Positions 60,805-64,000 of a stretch of 64,000 nt of DNA are shown piece after piece. The stretch comes from Candidatus Krumholzibacteriota bacterium (GTDB lineage Bacteria > Krumholzibacteriota > Krumholzibacteriia > JAJRXK01): positions 512,001 through 576,000 of the forward strand of contig CAVXTH010000009.1 of assembly GCA_963764625.1 (NCBI GenBank), in the 5' to 3' direction. Each line of letters starts with the position of its first letter. Within the stretch, counting starts at the first letter, position 1. A program made the position numbers and the translations under genes. Under the pieces are notes generated by a model. The model had not been told where the DNA came from. It made no database searches and saw nothing but the letters and a program-made list of their open reading frames with translations.

Positions 60805-61164
60805 GTGGCCACCACGCCATCCAAAGAGCTCGAGACCTTCGCCAACCCCCGCCCCGGACGGCGCTACGAGATTCGCTTCGAGGCCCCTGAATTCACCTGC
60901 CTCTGCCCCCGCACCGGACAGCCCGATTTCGCCACCCTGCGCATCCGCTACTGCCCCGATCAACTCTGCGTCGAGTTGAAGTCGCTCAAGCTGTATCTCT
61001 GGAGCTACCGCAACGAAGGCGCGTTCCACGAAGAAGTGACCAACCGCATCCTGGACGATCTGGTGGCGGCACTCGATCCGCTTTCGATCGAAGTGGAGGG
61101 TGACTTCTACGTGCGCGGGGGGATCCACACCACGGTGGTGGCGCGTCACGAGAAACCAGCCTAG
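60805..61164 (+). CDS. queF: 7-cyano-7-deazaguanine reductase (type I)
   Basis: [33 protein letters not shown]. Confidence 0.96.
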   Translation: MATTPSKELETFANPRPGRRYEIRFEAPEFTCLCPRTGQPDFATLRIRYCPDQLCVELKSLKLYLWSYRNEGAFHEEVTNRILDDLVAALDPLSIEVEGDFYVRGGIHTTVVARHEKPA

Positions 61165-61288
61165 CGCCCGCTCTTCGGATTTTATTCGCCTTGCGTCCTC
61201 GACGAGCCCATCAAAAGCCGCTTGCCAGCGGATGCGGCGCCGGTTTAGGCTCGACACGGACATTCCTCTCGTAAGGAGGAGGCAAGAT

Positions 61289-61771
61289 ATGTCAGCCCTC
61301 GATCGGCCGACGCTTGCCCGTCGCGCCTTGCTGGATGCGATGCGGGTGAGCAATCTCTTCGACCGACGATGGGGCGCCCTAAGTCAGACCGCAGACATCA
61401 CCTCGGCGCAGTGGCTCACGCTCGGGTTGCTGGAGCGCGAGGAGCAGGTGGATGGATTGACGCCCACCGAGCTGTGCCGTCGCCTCTGTGTCAGCAAACA
61501 GAACATGACGGGAATGATTCTGCGTCTGGAGAAAAAAGGTCTCATTGAACGCCGCCCGGATCCTCATGATCGACGTTCGTTTCGGGTGCGGGCTACGCCC
61601 GCCGGGTCCCAGGCGATCCAGAGATTGGTGCCCTTCGAAAGTGAGTTCTTTCTGAGACAGGTGGAGAGTCTCTCCGACGAGACACTGCTCGAACTGTCCC
61701 AGGGACTCCGATTGGTTTTGCAGAAACTGCAGAGCGAAGAGTTGGACGCGAAGCGAGCAGTCTCTTCCTGA
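61289..61771 (+). CDS. MarR-family transcriptional regulator
   Basis: ITSAQW, LTPTEL, MTGMILRLEKKGLIER..DPHDRRS; AGGAGG RBS. Confidence 0.92.
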   Translation: MSALDRPTLARRALLDAMRVSNLFDRRWGALSQTADITSAQWLTLGLLEREEQVDGLTPTELCRRLCVSKQNMTGMILRLEKKGLIERRPDPHDRRSFRVRATPAGSQAIQRLVPFESEFFLRQVESLSDETLLELSQGLRLVLQKLQSEELDAKRAVSS

Positions 61772-61854
61772 ACCGGAAGGGCTGCTCGCCTCATTCCTCA
61801 CTCAGCACAAGTCGGCGATACGTGCGGCCCGTACGGATGGCGTCGACTGCCAAC

Positions 61855-62976
61855 TCAGCTTTCGCCGCTCACCACCGCCGCGAACCGTTCCCAAGAATAG
61901 CGCCCCCGCGCTTTGACGACCTGCGCCTCGCATGCAGGACCCAGGGACTCCGCGAAGAAGCGGATCAATGCGCCGGCCAACGCCTCGGGATCGGCCGGGG
62001 GTACGAGGAAGCCGGTCCTTCCCTCGTCGATCACCTCCGCCAGACCTCCGACCCTCGTGGTGATCACGGGACGCCCCATGTGATACGCCACTGGGATGAT
62101 GCCGCTCTGGGTGGCGTGATGATAGGGAAGGACGACGACGTCGGCGGCGGAGAAATAGGGAGCGACCTCGTCGTTCGGTACGTAGCGCGAGACAAAACGC
62201 ACGCAGTCGTCCAGACCCAGCTCATGCGTGAACGCGCGCGTGCTCGCTTCAGCTCCGTAGAACTCGCCGACCACCAGAAGACGCGCGCGGGGCCGCGCGG
62301 CTCGAATCTGCGGCATGGCCCGCAGCAGAGTCTCCAAACCCTTGTAGGGACGGATGAAACCGAAGAAGAGCATGAGCTCGCTGTCAGAGGGAAGCTCGAG
62401 CTGACTCCTCGCCTGCTGCCGATCGATGACCTCGCCGAACTGTCCGTAGAGAGGATGGGGGGCGAGATCCACCCTCACGTCAGGGCGGATGCGAAGGAGA
62501 TCTTCCCGCACCGCCTTCGCCATCACCACGAAGCGGTCGACTCGCGCGAAGAACCAGCGCGTGAACAGGGTGTCCAGAGGCCGCCGTTCGTGGGGGACGA
62601 CGTTGTCGGCGATCACCACCGACTCGGGCTTTCCGTGGTGGATCGACCCCCGCAGAATCGATCCGAAACAGGGAGCGAAGAAGGGCATCCAGTAGCGGAA
62701 GACGAGCAAGTCGGGCTCGAGCTCCCGGACACGCCGAGCCGTCTTATACCAACTCCAGGGGCCGATGGAGTCGATGATCGCTTCGGCTCCCACGTCGAGG
62801 GAAGCCTCGGCGGGGTGCTTTTGGGCTTTTCCCGGAAAGAGCAACTCCGGATACTGACGCGTGAAGCTCAGGACCGAAAGTTCGTGGCTTTTGGCGAGTT
62901 CACGCGCCAAGAGATCGTTGAAATGGGCGATGCCACCGCGCCAGGGGCTGGCCGGTCCCACCAAGACGATACGCAT
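61855..62976 (-). CDS. Glycosyltransferase family 4
   Basis: WRGGIAHF, FFGFIRPYKGL, ATQSG, VGGLAE. Confidence 0.92.
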   Translation of the reverse strand: MRIVLVGPASPWRGGIAHFNDLLARELAKSHELSVLSFTRQYPELLFPGKAQKHPAEASLDVGAEAIIDSIGPWSWYKTARRVRELEPDLLVFRYWMPFFAPCFGSILRGSIHHGKPESVVIADNVVPHERRPLDTLFTRWFFARVDRFVVMAKAVREDLLRIRPDVRVDLAPHPLYGQFGEVIDRQQARSQLELPSDSELMLFFGFIRPYKGLETLLRAMPQIRAARPRARLLVVGEFYGAEASTRAFTHELGLDDCVRFVSRYVPNDEVAPYFSAADVVVLPYHHATQSGIIPVAYHMGRPVITTRVGGLAEVIDEGRTGFLVPPADPEALAGALIRFFAESLGPACEAQVVKARGRYSWERFAAVVSGES

Positions 62977-63041
62977 GGAGTCCTTTCGAGCGCGAAGTAG
63001 GTAGGAGCGCACGGCAAGTATTGTCTGCTATACTCGATGCG

Positions 63042-64000
63042 ATGAATAGAGCAGATCTGATTCTGGGCTCCCTGCTCGTGTATTCGCTCGCGACGGCGTT
63101 ACATTTGAGCCTCGCGGCATTGATTTTCGCACGCCGTCCACGCGGGACGGAAGTCAAGATCTTCGCGGCGGCCAATCTCGTCCTGGCCGCCTGGCACCTC
63201 CTGCAACTCTTCGAGTACTCGATGGCCTTGGCTCCCGAAGGGCTCCCGCCGGGTGGTGTCCTTTGGCTCACGCGTCTGCAGTTGATGTTGCAACTTCTGG
63301 TGCTCACGATCTTCTTCCAACTCTTCGCCAACTTTCAACGATTGTACCGCCGGCCACCTCCCAGTCTGCGCGCCGCCATCATCACGCACGTGCAACGCTG
63401 GCGACGATTCTACGTCGTGGCGGCCTGGTGGGTGTTGGTCCTCGCGTTGGCCTATTACGCGGGCGGACAGGGAAAGCTCCACGCACAAGTGGGGGAGTGG
63501 CGCGCCCTCCTGGGACCGCTCTCGGCGTATCTCTTCGCCGGTTCGCTGGTCTTCCTCATCCTCGTTCTCTTCCCCGCGCGTCCGGGGCAGGAGAGAGTGG
63601 GAATCGCGAACCTCGGACGCGGGATGATGCTGCTCGGTCTGCTTCTCTGCGTGTTTTTCGTCGCCCTCTGGCACGATTCCCATCCGGCGAGAATTCGACT
63701 CGCCGTCCTGCCGATCCTGCACATTCAAAGCGTTTCATTCGTGGTGTTCTTCGGTCTCGTGCGCTACGAATTCTCGTTCATGGACCGCTACATCCGGGAC
63801 GGAATCCGGCTGCTGCTGTGGACCGGCTTGTCTCTGATCGTCCTCTTCATCTTCAACCGAATCCACTTCGATGCGCCGAGCTGGGGACGCTACGCGACGA
63901 GTCTTTGCCGTCTGGCCGTGCTGGGACTGGCCATCGCGGTGGGCCCCGCCCTCGACCGAGCCCTCCGTCCTTGGATGGATCGCGTGCTCTTCGATCGCGA
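63042..64000 (+). CDS. Multi-TM membrane protein, probably the sensor N-terminus of a histidine kinase/phosphatase; runs off the window edge
   Basis: Not in the ORF track. Open frame from ATG 63042 (MNRADLILGSLLVY...) with about 9 TMs, 'VRYEFSFMD' and 'WMDRVLFDR' typical of such sensors. No catalytic domain is visible in the window. Confidence 0.6.
   Translation, partial: MNRADLILGSLLVYSLATALHLSLAALIFARRPRGTEVKIFAAANLVLAAWHLLQLFEYSMALAPEGLPPGGVLWLTRLQLMLQLLVLTIFFQLFANFQRLYRRPPPSLRAAIITHVQRWRRFYVVAAWWVLVLALAYYAGGQGKLHAQVGEWRALLGPLSAYLFAGSLVFLILVLFPARPGQERVGIANLGRGMMLLGLLLCVFFVALWHDSHPARIRLAVLPILHIQSVSFVVFFGLVRYEFSFMDRYIRDGIRLLLWTGLSLIVLFIFNRIHFDAPSWGRYATSLCRLAVLGLAIAVGPALDRALRPWMDRVLFDR

Noticed and set aside
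60705-60805. preQ1 riboswitch before queF
   Set aside because: Only a GC hairpin consistent with the porin terminator; no preQ1 consensus or A-rich tail.

Overview
High-GC bacterial chromosomal segment with about 55 genes and no rRNA, tRNA, CRISPR array or prophage that I can support. It is probably from a Gram-negative FCB-group lineage such as Krumholzibacteria/Eisenbacteria/Latescibacteria, inferred from an FG-GAP protein, GT-C membrane proteins and a 'TFGGFKAGF'-type C-terminal motif. Most content is housekeeping or envelope: pruA, arfB, hemH, a cobalamin-type ABC importer with pduO, DegT/acetyltransferase/GT2/GT4/Wzx/O-antigen-ligase genes, gmhA, bcp, an M16 pair, rluA-type synthase, ALDH7, serA, pckA, queF, Rrf2, MarR and a porin. 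Highlights: (1) four enzyme homologues with eroded catalytic motifs (a barrel-only pyruvate-kinase homologue, a TagF-like GT-B protein and two Zn-ADH/MDR paralogues) sit at three loci, each behind a sigma54-type -24/-12 promoter, suggesting an undescribed sigma54 pseudoenzyme regulon; (2) an IS91-type transposase remnant and a large two-repeat HNH nuclease gene are bracketed by a diverged ~75-bp direct repeat with a conserved hairpin; (3) an unassigned ~300-nt structured ncRNA candidate with its own terminator lies at ~35.96-36.26 kb; (4) a RelA/SpoT-like (TIGR04552-like) protein converges on a double-TerB gene. Two frameshifts in G homopolymers are probably assembly errors. All calls come from reading motifs by eye; no searches were run.
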